From the IMG/VR virus record IMGVR_UViG_3300008266_000002: DNA of 64,000 nt, one strand, 5' to 3'. This DNA is from a virus. How positions within the stretch are numbered: the stretch's first letter is position 1; each line of letters begins with the position of its first letter. The translations under genes were made by a program, and so were the position numbers. Under the pieces are notes generated by a model. It was not told the origin of the DNA and did no database searches. It saw nothing but the letters and a program-made list of their open reading frames with translations. Shown here in pieces: positions 9,867 to 19,977 of this stretch.

Positions 9867-10096
9867 GTACATCACTAATCAGGTACAATCTAATTGCACA
9901 TTCATCGTTTTCACATACGTATGTGGTAAACGTACTATCATCTCTAGAAGCTCAGTATAGATTCCAAAAAATTGAAAATGAGGAAAATTATAGTTTGTTT
10001 GAGGTGTATAGCACAAATGAAATATTTCAAAGAGTGAGAGATATGGTAGAACAAAATAATGGAACAGCAATAACAATTCAATATGGAACCTATTAA
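9863..10096 (+). CDS. Hypothetical protein
   Basis: Overlaps both neighbours in the operon. Confidence 0.55.
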   Translation: MSTSLIRYNLIAHSSFSHTYVVNVLSSLEAQYRFQKIENEENYSLFEVYSTNEIFQRVRDMVEQNNGTAITIQYGTY

Positions 10097-10556
10097 AACA
10101 ATTTGCCCACACTGTGGGTCACATGAGTGCTTTGAAGAAAGAGAAACATTACCAGATGACACAAAAGTTAATAGCTACATGTGTATGGAGTGTGGATACA
10201 CATCAACAACACTGAACCAAGAAGGATCCATAGTAGTTGAAACTTATGAGCAAGGTACTGCAGAGTTGATTAAGGCTCTTCGTTGGGTAGATCCGAAAAC
10301 AAACCTAGTATGGTATCCAATTGTACTTAACTTTCCATCCTTTGGTATCATTTTTCCAGACGGTACGAATAAAGACAATTGGGCTTGGAGAGCTGCTCCT
10401 GCAATTGATATTCCAGAAGAGGAGCAAACAAAGTATCCAATTCCAGGTCAAGAAGGAAAGTATTATGCAAAACGTGTTGATATGAAAAGCAGTGAAGTTT
10501 TTGATACCACACAATTTTATGACGCATGTAAATTTCTAGGTTTTATTCAATCCTAA
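10083..10556 (+). CDS. Zinc-ribbon hypothetical protein
   Basis: CPHCG...CMECG. Confidence 0.65.
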   Translation: MEPIKTICPHCGSHECFEERETLPDDTKVNSYMCMECGYTSTTLNQEGSIVVETYEQGTAELIKALRWVDPKTNLVWYPIVLNFPSFGIIFPDGTNKDNWAWRAAPAIDIPEEEQTKYPIPGQEGKYYAKRVDMKSSEVFDTTQFYDACKFLGFIQS

Positions 10557-10558
10557 TT

Positions 10559-11182
10559 ATGAAAATAAGTTACGCAGTCACAGTATGTAATGAGTTTCTC
10601 GAGATACAAAAACTTATCCCATTCCTCTTGAATACCAAGAGGAGTGTGGATCAAGTCGTTGTGTTATATGATGAGACAAGTGGTGATACTGGGGTAGAAG
10701 AATATCTACGAGCAACATCCATTGCCAATCCATCCGACTTCATGTGGTATAGCAAGCCTTTCAACAAAAACTTTGCTGAATGGAAAACCTTATTAACTAG
10801 TTTGTGTAATGGGGATTACATTATCAATATTGATGCAGATGAGATGCCATCGCATGAATTTATAACAAATATAGATGAACTGTTGGAAAATAACTCAGAA
10901 ATTGATATGTTCGTTGTACCGAGACGTAATATAGTGAATGGCATCACACCACAACATATTGCTAAATGGGGATGGAGAGTGGATGAGCTGAATCGTATCA
11001 ACTGGCCTGATTACCAAATGAGAGTTTATAAAAATAGTAAGAACATCAAATGGATTAATCCAGTGCATGAAGTACTAACCGGCTTTCAAACATTTGCACC
11101 ACTTCCAGATGAAATGTATTTTGATCATGTGAAGAGTATTGAAAAACAAGAAAAACAAAATAATTTATACGCAAACCTATGA
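10559..11182 (+). CDS. Glycosyltransferase family 2
   Basis: ISYAVTVCNE, IDADE DxD motif, WPDYQ.R, VHE. Confidence 0.9.
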   Translation: MKISYAVTVCNEFLEIQKLIPFLLNTKRSVDQVVVLYDETSGDTGVEEYLRATSIANPSDFMWYSKPFNKNFAEWKTLLTSLCNGDYIINIDADEMPSHEFITNIDELLENNSEIDMFVVPRRNIVNGITPQHIAKWGWRVDELNRINWPDYQMRVYKNSKNIKWINPVHEVLTGFQTFAPLPDEMYFDHVKSIEKQEKQNNLYANL

Positions 11183-12336
11183 GTAATAAAAAAGTATGGT
11201 ACGCCCCTAATAAGTTTGAATCTTATGGGGAAGAGGAAATTAGAGCAGTTGAAGCTTGTCTTAGAGATGGGTGGTTAGCTGGGTTTGGACCTCGTTCAAT
11301 TGAGTTTGAAGAGAAGATTGCAAAGCGATTTGGTAAAAAGTATGGTGTATTTGTAAACTCAGGATCATCAGCTTGCTTATTGGCTATAGCAGCATTAGAT
11401 TTACCAAAAGGTGCTAAAATTATAACACCAGCTTGCACATTCTCAACCACATTAGCACCCATAATTCAATTAGGTTATGAGCCAGTGTTCTGCGATGTTG
11501 GTTTAACATCCTATGTTCCTACTGTTGAGGATATTATAGCTTTGATAACCGAAGAAGTAAAAGCAATAATGGTACCTAACCTTATAGGTAACAAACCTGA
11601 TTGGGCCACATTGAGATCCGAACTAAAACGTCTAGGTAGAGAAGATATTTTTGTAATTGAAGATTCTGCCGATACAATCACTTTCACCGAAGACACTGAT
11701 GTAGCAACTACTAGCTTTTATGCAAGCCACATCATCACTGCAGGTGGTACTGGAGGTATGGTAATGTTTAATGACAAAAAGCATGTAGATAGAGCATTAC
11801 AGTATCGCGATTGGGGTCGTATTGGAGATAATTCTGAGATAATGGATGATCGCTTCAATCACAAAGTTGATGGTATTCCTTACGATCATAAGTTTTTATA
11901 TGGTGTCTTGGGATATAATATGAAGTGTAGTGAAATGAGTGCTGCATTTGGATTAGTACAATTGGAAAGGTTTGAAACATACAAGGATGTTCGTAGAGCT
12001 AACATTGAACGCTACTTAGAGAATTTAAAAGACGTAAAGGAGATTCTTCTACCAGACGATAGTATTCAGCCTAATTGGTTAGCTATTCCTTTACAGACTG
12101 AAAAGCGTTTAGAGCTACTAACTTTCTTAGAAGAGAACAGCATTCAGACTCGCGTAACTTTTGCGGGTAACGTAACGCGTCATCCAATCTATCGTGAGTA
12201 CCTACAACCATTTGAGAATGCCGATCTGATTATGAAAAATGGATTTTTGTTGGGTGCTCATCATGGTATGACGATTGAAGATGTGGATTATGTTTGTGAT
12301 AAAATAAAACAATTTTTTTATGGAATTAATCTTTAG
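11179..12336 (+). CDS. DegT/DnrJ-fold PMP enzyme, RfbH/ColD-like NDP-4-keto-6-deoxysugar 3-dehydratase
   Basis: VNSGSSA.L, IEDSAD, SFYASHIIT (His at the usual catalytic Lys), YDHKF.Y..LGYN.K. Confidence 0.8.
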   Translation: MSNKKVWYAPNKFESYGEEEIRAVEACLRDGWLAGFGPRSIEFEEKIAKRFGKKYGVFVNSGSSACLLAIAALDLPKGAKIITPACTFSTTLAPIIQLGYEPVFCDVGLTSYVPTVEDIIALITEEVKAIMVPNLIGNKPDWATLRSELKRLGREDIFVIEDSADTITFTEDTDVATTSFYASHIITAGGTGGMVMFNDKKHVDRALQYRDWGRIGDNSEIMDDRFNHKVDGIPYDHKFLYGVLGYNMKCSEMSAAFGLVQLERFETYKDVRRANIERYLENLKDVKEILLPDDSIQPNWLAIPLQTEKRLELLTFLEENSIQTRVTFAGNVTRHPIYREYLQPFENADLIMKNGFLLGAHHGMTIEDVDYVCDKIKQFFYGINL

Positions 12337-12736
12337 TAAAAACAACCCTGATAAACTTTTGCATATCATAGTGCGTAAAGACGATCTGCTACCAGGTAGG
12401 AGTGAGGTAGTACCAGAGAATCATTTTATACAATGTGCTTTACTAAACATGGAAAAGGGTAAAACCTTCAAACCACATAAACATATCTGGAAGCCACGGA
12501 AGCGTAGTGTCATAGCACAAGAGAGTTGGATAGTAATACAAGGAAGTGTTAAATGCATCTTCTATGATCTAGATGATCAGATAATAGCCACTCCTATTCT
12601 GAATCCAGGAGACGCATCGTTTACTTTAGAAGGAGGTCATACCTATGAGATATTAGAAGATAATACCTTAGTATATGAATATAAGACCGGACCTTACGAA
12701 GGGCAGGCTCTAGATAAAGTTTTTCTGAATGTATAG
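12320..12736 (+). CDS. Cupin protein (WbuC-like)
   Basis: PHKH...QESW.VIQG...GGH.YE...EYKTGPY. Confidence 0.75.
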   Translation: MELIFSKNNPDKLLHIIVRKDDLLPGRSEVVPENHFIQCALLNMEKGKTFKPHKHIWKPRKRSVIAQESWIVIQGSVKCIFYDLDDQIIATPILNPGDASFTLEGGHTYEILEDNTLVYEYKTGPYEGQALDKVFLNV

Positions 12737-13265
12737 AGATTTAGTGAAGGATGTTTTTATTCATAAGGATGTAGAGTTTACCCATCCCGATAAAATCTAC
12801 CTTGGTGATCATATTGCAATAGATAAGGGTGTATACGTGACAGTAGCGTGTAAAATCGGTTCCTATACTCACATATCCCCTTATGTAACTATCATAGGCG
12901 GTAAAAAGGGATATTTTGAATGTTCTGGCTTCAATAATATAATGGCTGGATCTCGAATTATATGTGGATCTGATCGATTTGATGGTAGTGGTCTATTTGG
13001 AGCAATGATACCTGAAGACTTGAAAGGTCGTCAAATCATCGAACCAGTTATAATGGAGGAATTTTCAAATATAGGAACAAACGCTATAGTAATGCCAGGA
13101 TCTAGACTTCGTCAAGGTGTATTATTAACTGCAGGTAGTCTACTAATCGGTGATACAGAAGAGTGGGGAGTATATAAAGGCAATCCAGCAAAGCTAGTTA
13201 AAAAAATAGATCCAACAACGATATTAAAAAGAGCAGAAATTTTAAAACAAAGAAGCCATGGATAG
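12729..13265 (+). CDS. Left-handed beta-helix sugar acyltransferase
   Basis: Hexapeptide repeats; IGTNAIVMPG; GNPAK. Confidence 0.85.
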   Translation: MYRDLVKDVFIHKDVEFTHPDKIYLGDHIAIDKGVYVTVACKIGSYTHISPYVTIIGGKKGYFECSGFNNIMAGSRIICGSDRFDGSGLFGAMIPEDLKGRQIIEPVIMEEFSNIGTNAIVMPGSRLRQGVLLTAGSLLIGDTEEWGVYKGNPAKLVKKIDPTTILKRAEILKQRSHG

Positions 13266-14076
13266 GATAGCAATTGTAGCATTAACAAGAGGTTATGATA
13301 ATATAAATTCATACGAATCTCTAATCATTAGAAATAATCACATCCGAGAGTGTTTAATTTATAAGTCAAATTATAAATTTGATGTAATTTTATTTCATGA
13401 GGGGAACATCACTCTTGAACATCAAAATTATATTCAAAAAGAAAGCAATCTACCAATCCAGTTTAGGGATATAAGAACTTGTGGAAACAAACAAGCTTTT
13501 AATGATGATAGGAATGTCATCAATATGGAATTATGTCCTCCGACACCATTGTCTGAACAATTCACCGTTGGTTACAAGCATATGTGTCATTTTTGGTCTG
13601 TAGGCTTATTTGAATATTTGGCCGATTACCAGTACGTAATCAGAATGGATGAGGACGTGTTTCTATTAGACATGAATCCGCATATACTGGAAACTATAGT
13701 GAGTCAAAATATAAAATTTGCTATGCCTTGGTTATGTTCAGTCTTAGATGATCCAAATGTCATAGTAGGTATGGATGTTTTGTTAAACAGGTTCTGTAAG
13801 CAAAACAACATAACAATGCTAGTAGACTATGATCAGATTTGTGCTCCAAATACAAACTTCGTTATATTTGATCTTCAGTACTTTAAGAATAATAAAATAG
13901 TGCAAGATTTTCTAACAGCAGTTGATAAATCACATGGAATATATAGCAATCGTTGGGGAGATGCACCAATTTGGGGTATAATATTGTTTGCATTACAAAA
14001 TGAAACAGTTTACCTCTGCGATCAAATAGAATATTATCATGGTAGCCATAATCATCACGTGAATTCTAAAAAATAA
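13258..14076 (+). CDS. GT15 (KRE2/Mnt1-like alpha-mannosyltransferase) family glycosyltransferase
   Basis: VILFHE, GYKHMCHFWS, YVIRMDED, NTNF.I, GIY..RWGDAPI. Confidence 0.75.
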   Translation: MDRIAIVALTRGYDNINSYESLIIRNNHIRECLIYKSNYKFDVILFHEGNITLEHQNYIQKESNLPIQFRDIRTCGNKQAFNDDRNVINMELCPPTPLSEQFTVGYKHMCHFWSVGLFEYLADYQYVIRMDEDVFLLDMNPHILETIVSQNIKFAMPWLCSVLDDPNVIVGMDVLLNRFCKQNNITMLVDYDQICAPNTNFVIFDLQYFKNNKIVQDFLTAVDKSHGIYSNRWGDAPIWGIILFALQNETVYLCDQIEYYHGSHNHHVNSKK

Positions 14077-14079
14077 ACT

Positions 14080-14670
14080 ATGAATTTTAATACAGTAGTA
14101 GAGTTTGAGAAACAAGTAGCTGAATACTTTGCAGCACCCTATGCAGTGGCAGTGGATTCTTGTACACATGGTGTAGAACTTTGCTTAAGATACACTAAAG
14201 CAAAACATATCAGTGTACCAAAAAACACATATCTATCAATTCCATTCTTAGCTGAGAAATTAAACATCGAGCGTGAATGGAGATATGAAAATTGGATTGA
14301 TTATTATTATCTTACCGATATCGTAGTTGATGCGGCTGTCTTATGGAAACCTAACAGCTACATTTCTGGAACTTATATGAATCTATCGTTCCAATATCAA
14401 AAGCATTTGAGCTTAGGAAGAGGAGGAATGATTCTAACAGATAGTAAAGAAGCTGCAGAACAATTAAAGAAGATGTCTTATGACGGCAGACTACCAAATA
14501 TTCCATGGAGAGATCAGGACATCGATACAATAGGTTACCATTACTACATGACACCAGAAACAGCTCAGTTGGGTATAGATAAACTCCCACAGGCAAAACT
14601 TACAACTCCTAGACAGTGGGTTGTCGAAGACTGGCCTGACTTAACACAGATGTCTATATTTAGAAGTTAA
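14080..14670 (+). CDS. Compact DegT/DnrJ-family aminotransferase
   Basis: AVDSCT, VDAA, SFQYQKHL.LGRGG (Lys retained), GYHYYM. Confidence 0.8.
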   Translation: MNFNTVVEFEKQVAEYFAAPYAVAVDSCTHGVELCLRYTKAKHISVPKNTYLSIPFLAEKLNIEREWRYENWIDYYYLTDIVVDAAVLWKPNSYISGTYMNLSFQYQKHLSLGRGGMILTDSKEAAEQLKKMSYDGRLPNIPWRDQDIDTIGYHYYMTPETAQLGIDKLPQAKLTTPRQWVVEDWPDLTQMSIFRS

Positions 14671-14712
14671 AAAAATTTGCAAATTGTAATTTAAAAGTGT
14701 ATTATACATAAT

Positions 14713-15684
14713 ATGAAAAAAGCATTTATCACAGGAATTGGCGGACAAGATGGATCCTATTTAGCTGAGTATCTTTTAGAACTAGGTTACGAAGTTCACG
14801 GAATCATTCGTAGAAACTCAGTACCAGAACATCAACAATCAAGAATAGAGAATGTTAGAGGTAATCTTCATGTATATTATGGGGATCTTCTAGATCAATC
14901 AAGTATTGAACGATTACTAGATCAGATTCAACCTGATGAAATCTACAACATAGCAGCCCAATCGCATGTGAGAATTAGCTATGATATTCCGCAATTCACA
15001 GCACAGACAAACGCTGTAGGTGTATTGAATATATTAGAGGCTTATAGAAGAGCTTGTCCAAAAGCTAAATTCTATCAAGCAAGTAGCTCAGAAATGTTTG
15101 GTAGTTCGGTAGATCCTGACGGCTATCAGAGAGAAACTACACCAATGCATCCAGTATCACCTTATGGATGTACTAAAGTGTTTGGATATAATATTGTGCG
15201 TAATTATCGTAAGGCCTATAGCTTGCATGCAAGTAATGGTATTTTATTCAACCATGAATCACCACGTAGAGGTTCCAACTTTGTTACTAACAAAGTGGTA
15301 AAAGCAGCTGTACTTATTAAATTAGGCTTGCAAGATAAGTTAGAGTTAGGCAATATGGATGCTTATAGAGATTGGGGCCATTCCTTTGATTATGTGAGAG
15401 CAATGCACCTGATTCTACAGCAGGATAATCCAGGTGATTGGGTTGTGGCAACTGGTGAGACTCGATCAGTACGAGATATGTGTGAATATGTGTTTGGTAA
15501 GCTTGGATTAGATTACAAAGAGTACGTTGTGCAAAATCAGAAGTTCTTACGACCAGAAGAGCTACCATACTTGAAAGGAGACTCTTCAAAGATTAGAACT
15601 GAACTAGGTTGGGAGCCTACCTATACCTTTGAGTCTATGATGGATGAGATGATTGATCACTGGATGAAATTTTATAGTAAATGA
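14713..15684 (+). CDS. gmd: GDP-mannose 4,6-dehydratase
   Basis: ITGIGGQDGSYLAE, AAQSHV, QASSSEMFG, FNHESPRRG, RDWGH. Confidence 0.97.
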   Translation: MKKAFITGIGGQDGSYLAEYLLELGYEVHGIIRRNSVPEHQQSRIENVRGNLHVYYGDLLDQSSIERLLDQIQPDEIYNIAAQSHVRISYDIPQFTAQTNAVGVLNILEAYRRACPKAKFYQASSSEMFGSSVDPDGYQRETTPMHPVSPYGCTKVFGYNIVRNYRKAYSLHASNGILFNHESPRRGSNFVTNKVVKAAVLIKLGLQDKLELGNMDAYRDWGHSFDYVRAMHLILQQDNPGDWVVATGETRSVRDMCEYVFGKLGLDYKEYVVQNQKFLRPEELPYLKGDSSKIRTELGWEPTYTFESMMDEMIDHWMKFYSK

Positions 15685-16580
15685 GTTTTATTACAATGAC
15701 TGGATTGGGACAGTCTGGAGGATTATGTTCCCAACTTCAAACCTACGCAAGTTTAGCCGCTGTTGCAAAAGCAAATAACAAAAGAATTGTTTTTACTCAG
15801 GAAAGTGTAGAAGGAGATTTAGTTAAGTATCATACGGGTGAGTATTATCAAACAAATATACGTATACTCGATTTATTAGATATCGATTATGAGATTGTAC
15901 CAAAATCCTTTATAGAGAGCTTTGACAGTAAACACATCAATTATCATACAACAACCTATGATGAAACTCTATTCAATCTAGACGCAAGTATTAACTACAA
16001 CTTAGTGGGTAGATTTGATCTTTACACCTATTGGTATAATAGTATTGGTGATGAGGTAGCAGAATGGAAATTTAAAAGCAATCTGCAACAACAAGCAGAA
16101 AAGAGAATGGAGAGAATTCAAGAGACTTTTGGCAATAATAATCCTACTGTGAGTTTGCATGTTAGGCGTGGGGATTACTTACTACCAAATCATCACTTTG
16201 CAATCTTGGATAATGATTATTACGAGACAGCAATAATTAAACATTTCTGGCATCCAGCAGAGTATAACTTTGTTGTTTTTTCGAATGATATTGAGTATTG
16301 TAGGAATATGATTGATGGGGATAATGTCTATTTTGTAGAGCCTGACGGAGGAGAAAAGGTATGTTCCGATTCGGAAAAAGAGGACTTGGTGTTACTGAGT
16401 TTGTGTGATCACCATATCATAGCAAATAGCTCGTATTCTTGGTGGGCAGCTTACCTATGCAAAAATAAAAATAAAAAAATAATATGTCCAACAAACTGGC
16501 TAAAGGCATACCATCCTTCTTCTTGGATTAATGGTAGATACTACCCATCAAATTGGATCAACATTGATAACATAGCATAA
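15681..16580 (+). CDS. GT11 alpha-1,2-fucosyltransferase-like glycosyltransferase
   Basis: HVRRGDY, FSNDI, IIANSSYSWWAAYL. Confidence 0.9.
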   Translation: MSFITMTGLGQSGGLCSQLQTYASLAAVAKANNKRIVFTQESVEGDLVKYHTGEYYQTNIRILDLLDIDYEIVPKSFIESFDSKHINYHTTTYDETLFNLDASINYNLVGRFDLYTYWYNSIGDEVAEWKFKSNLQQQAEKRMERIQETFGNNNPTVSLHVRRGDYLLPNHHFAILDNDYYETAIIKHFWHPAEYNFVVFSNDIEYCRNMIDGDNVYFVEPDGGEKVCSDSEKEDLVLLSLCDHHIIANSSYSWWAAYLCKNKNKKIICPTNWLKAYHPSSWINGRYYPSNWINIDNIA

Positions 16581-16581
16581 T

Positions 16582-17544
16582 ATGAAAAAAGTAGTTTACG
16601 TAACCGGTTGTTTAGGTTTTATTGGTTCTTATATAACAAGAAAGTGTTTGGATAAGGGTTGGTATGTAAAAGGAGTTGATAAAATTACATACGCAGCTAA
16701 CAAAGATTTGTTAGCAGAATTTAAAAAATATAAGAACTTCTCATTTGTTCATTGTGATATAAATGACCTGAAGTTCTTATATGATTGTGATTTTGTTATT
16801 AATACCGCTGCTGAAACGCATGTTGGCAATAGTATTATGAGCAGTCAAGAGTTTGTAAAATCGAATGTGGATGGTGTGCATAACTTACTAGAGTTGATAA
16901 AGAATCATCGAGGAGAGAATATAAATAAGCCAACTCTAATACATTTTAGTACGGATGAGGTTTATGGAGATATTGTGAATGGTGCTCACACAGAGGATCA
17001 CTTACTAAAACCAAGCAATCCGTATTCAGCCACTAAGGCAGCGGCAGATATGTTAGTAATGGCTTGGGGAAGAACACACGATATACCGTACATGATTATT
17101 AGACCAACTAACAACTATGGAATAGGTCAGTATGTTGAAAAGCTCATTCCGAAAGCAGTGAAGTGTTTAAACTTAGGACGTAAGATTCCACTTCATAACA
17201 ATGGAACTCCATATCGCAATTGGCTGCATGCAGACGACACGGCAGAAGCCGTCATCACTCTGATCGAAAAGGGTCAAGTAGGCGAAATCTACAATGTAGC
17301 AGGAGGTTTTGAGCAACAAAACGTAAACACTGTTCATAAAATAGTAGAGGCTTTTTATGGTGCATCGTTACCTTCTGATGCTGTTGACACACATATTGAT
17401 TTCTCATGCAATAGACCTGGACAAGATGTTCGATATGCGTTAGATGATGCTAAAATTAAAGCACTAGGTTGGTCACCTAAAAAGTTGTTTATTGAAGAAA
17501 TAAGTAGTATAGTTGATTATTATAAACATAAATTTATTTGGTAA
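16582..17544 (+). CDS. NDP-sugar 4,6-dehydratase (RmlB-like)
   Basis: TGCLGFIG, DKITYA, AAETHV, STDEVYG, YSATKAA, RPGQD.RY. Confidence 0.9.
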   Translation: MKKVVYVTGCLGFIGSYITRKCLDKGWYVKGVDKITYAANKDLLAEFKKYKNFSFVHCDINDLKFLYDCDFVINTAAETHVGNSIMSSQEFVKSNVDGVHNLLELIKNHRGENINKPTLIHFSTDEVYGDIVNGAHTEDHLLKPSNPYSATKAAADMLVMAWGRTHDIPYMIIRPTNNYGIGQYVEKLIPKAVKCLNLGRKIPLHNNGTPYRNWLHADDTAEAVITLIEKGQVGEIYNVAGGFEQQNVNTVHKIVEAFYGASLPSDAVDTHIDFSCNRPGQDVRYALDDAKIKALGWSPKKLFIEEISSIVDYYKHKFIW

Positions 17545-18344
17545 TGAATACAAGAGAATTTAAGTGTACAAAAATACTTACGGACCTTATTGAAAATGAA
17601 GGTCTAGTAGGTATTAAAACTAGTTTTGAGGATGAAGGCGCTTTGTTTAATGAGACTATACGACTCAAAGAAGTGTGTAATCAAGCTAAAACAAAAATAA
17701 CTTTAAAAATTGGTGGTCCAGAAGCAATTCGTGATCTAAAAGACTCAACAGTAATTGGAGTTAAGGGATTGGTTGCTCCAATGGTTGAGTCGGAATTTGG
17801 CTTGAAGAAGTTTATCCTAGCAACTAAGACACATATTCCGCAAGACATTCTAACGTCCTTGCAGCTCAATGTTAATATAGAAACGATTACGGCAGTTTCT
17901 AACGCTGAGAAGATGTTAGATACACCAGAAGCTAGTGAATTGTATGGTGTAACAGTTGGTCGTGTTGATTTAGTTTCTTCTATGGGAAAGGATCGTTTGT
18001 ATGTTAATAGTGATGAGGTATACAAGATGGCTCGTACTGTTTTTACAAAAGCTAAAGAAAAAGGATTAAAAGCGTGTTTAGGCGGAGCTATTTCAGTTGA
18101 TTCGTTGGACTTTCTAAAAAAACTTAATTCAGAAGGCTTATTGGATAAATTTGAAACACGCTATGCAATTTTCGATCCGTCTATCACATTAAAGAATTTA
18201 TCCAGAGCTTTGTCTAAGGCGCAGATGTTTGAATACGAGTGGCTTATGTACAAGCACGAACTCTATACGTCAATGGCTAATCAAGATATCCAGCGTATCA
18301 AAATGATTCAAGATCGTATTAACCAATCTGTATCATTCAAGTAA
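17544..18344 (+). CDS. HpcH/HpaI aldolase-citrate lyase family protein
   Basis: K..FEDEG, KIGGPEA, APMVES, NIET, VGRVDL. Confidence 0.75.
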   Translation: MNTREFKCTKILTDLIENEGLVGIKTSFEDEGALFNETIRLKEVCNQAKTKITLKIGGPEAIRDLKDSTVIGVKGLVAPMVESEFGLKKFILATKTHIPQDILTSLQLNVNIETITAVSNAEKMLDTPEASELYGVTVGRVDLVSSMGKDRLYVNSDEVYKMARTVFTKAKEKGLKACLGGAISVDSLDFLKKLNSEGLLDKFETRYAIFDPSITLKNLSRALSKAQMFEYEWLMYKHELYTSMANQDIQRIKMIQDRINQSVSFK

Positions 18345-18979
18345 TGAAAGTACTTATAACTGGTGGTTCGGGAGGTATTGGTAGTGCGATAATGAAGGCA
18401 TTTGTGGATGGCGGACATGAAGTTTATGCTCCTAATAGAAGAGAACTAGATTTGTTAAAACCTATCAAACTTTCCGAATGTGATTTTGAGATTGTAATCA
18501 ATTGTGCAGGGATAAACCCACTCAAGTCGATTTGTGATATCGAGGATGAGGAAGTACTAAGAGTTAATTATCTTTCCGCATTGGAGATTGTTCAGCAGTG
18601 TATTCCTTACATGGTCACAAAGGGTTACGGGAGATTTATCAATATTGGTAGTATATGGATCGATATAGCAAAACCAAGTAGACTTGCTTATAGTGCTAGT
18701 AAAAACGCTCTTCATGCTCTAACAAAAGCAATCACTGCTGAATATGGACCATATAATATACTAGCAAACACAGTCTCACCGGGTTTTATTGCAACTGATC
18801 TTACATTTAAAAATAATACTGATGAAGATATTAAACGAATATCACAAACCATACCTGTCAGACGTTTAGGAATGCCGGAGGAGGTTGCAAAGCTGGTATA
18901 TCAGCTTACAGTAGATAACAATTACATTAGTGGACAAAATATCATAATAGACGGAGGCTTTTCATGCACAACATATTAA
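18344..18979 (+). CDS. Short-chain dehydrogenase/reductase
   Basis: TGGSGGIG, NCAG, YSASK, SPGFIAT, IDGG. Confidence 0.92.
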   Translation: MKVLITGGSGGIGSAIMKAFVDGGHEVYAPNRRELDLLKPIKLSECDFEIVINCAGINPLKSICDIEDEEVLRVNYLSALEIVQQCIPYMVTKGYGRFINIGSIWIDIAKPSRLAYSASKNALHALTKAITAEYGPYNILANTVSPGFIATDLTFKNNTDEDIKRISQTIPVRRLGMPEEVAKLVYQLTVDNNYISGQNIIIDGGFSCTTY

Positions 18980-19977
18980 CAATACCATCAAACATAATAA
19001 ACTACACGGTTCAGTATGCAAACTCGTTAGCTGAAGTGGAAGAGTTTATTGAGAGTCAAAAAGCTATCGTAGTAATTGATGAACTAGTAGCACAGTTATA
19101 CCCAACCTTATGTACACCTGATAGCATACGGATATCTGCTATCGAAACTAACAAAACACTGCAGGGCGCTTCGGATCTATCTCAGTTGCTTATCGACCGT
19201 AGAGCAAACATCAAAACCAAACTAATAGCCATTGGAGGTGGTATTATTCAGGATTTAGTTGGCTTTACTGCATCCATATACTGTAGAGGAATTGACTACA
19301 TTTATATACCAACAACTCTACTATCTCAAGCTGATAGCTGTATAGGTGGAAAAACCTCAATCAATCATGCCAATAGAAAAAATATATTAGGTACCTTCTA
19401 TCCACCAGAAACCATCATCTTATATCCTGGCTTTGTAAACACACTAACTACTACAGACTACTTCAGTGGATGGGGGGAGATTTATAAATTTCACATATTA
19501 CAAGGCATGATGAGTGATTTTTCGCTTTCTAATGCAGAATCCTCAATTATTAATGGTTTATCATATAAAGCGAATATTTTGGCTTTAGACGAGTTTGATC
19601 AGGGTGAGCGAAGGTATCTCAACTTTGGACATACCTTTGGTCATGCCTTAGAAACAACATCCAATCATGCGATTCCTCACGGTCTTGCTGTGATACTTGG
19701 TTGCATGATTGCTACGAAAGTTGCCTATAAGATGGGGTACGTTGTAAAAGATCATAACCTTATTCTGAGTGAAGGAATACGTTTAATTCGTCTTAGTGGT
19801 TTAAAGTTGCAGCAGTCTTGGTTTGAATCTACACAATTACTCGAAGTTGTAAAGTCCGACAAAAAAAGTACCGGAGAGTTGGTTATGGTGCTTGTTGATA
19901 GTAAACCAAATTTGGTAAATATAAAAAATTTGGGTATAGTTATAGAATCACTAAATGAAGTTTATGAGAGTATCTGA
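18964..19977 (+). CDS. 3-dehydroquinate synthase-like / sugar-phosphate cyclase
   Basis: GGGIIQD, PTTLLSQADSCIGGK, KN.LG.FYPP, LNFGHTFGHALE, HG.AV. Confidence 0.88.
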   Translation: MHNILTIPSNIINYTVQYANSLAEVEEFIESQKAIVVIDELVAQLYPTLCTPDSIRISAIETNKTLQGASDLSQLLIDRRANIKTKLIAIGGGIIQDLVGFTASIYCRGIDYIYIPTTLLSQADSCIGGKTSINHANRKNILGTFYPPETIILYPGFVNTLTTTDYFSGWGEIYKFHILQGMMSDFSLSNAESSIINGLSYKANILALDEFDQGERRYLNFGHTFGHALETTSNHAIPHGLAVILGCMIATKVAYKMGYVVKDHNLILSEGIRLIRLSGLKLQQSWFESTQLLEVVKSDKKSTGELVMVLVDSKPNLVNIKNLGIVIESLNEVYESI

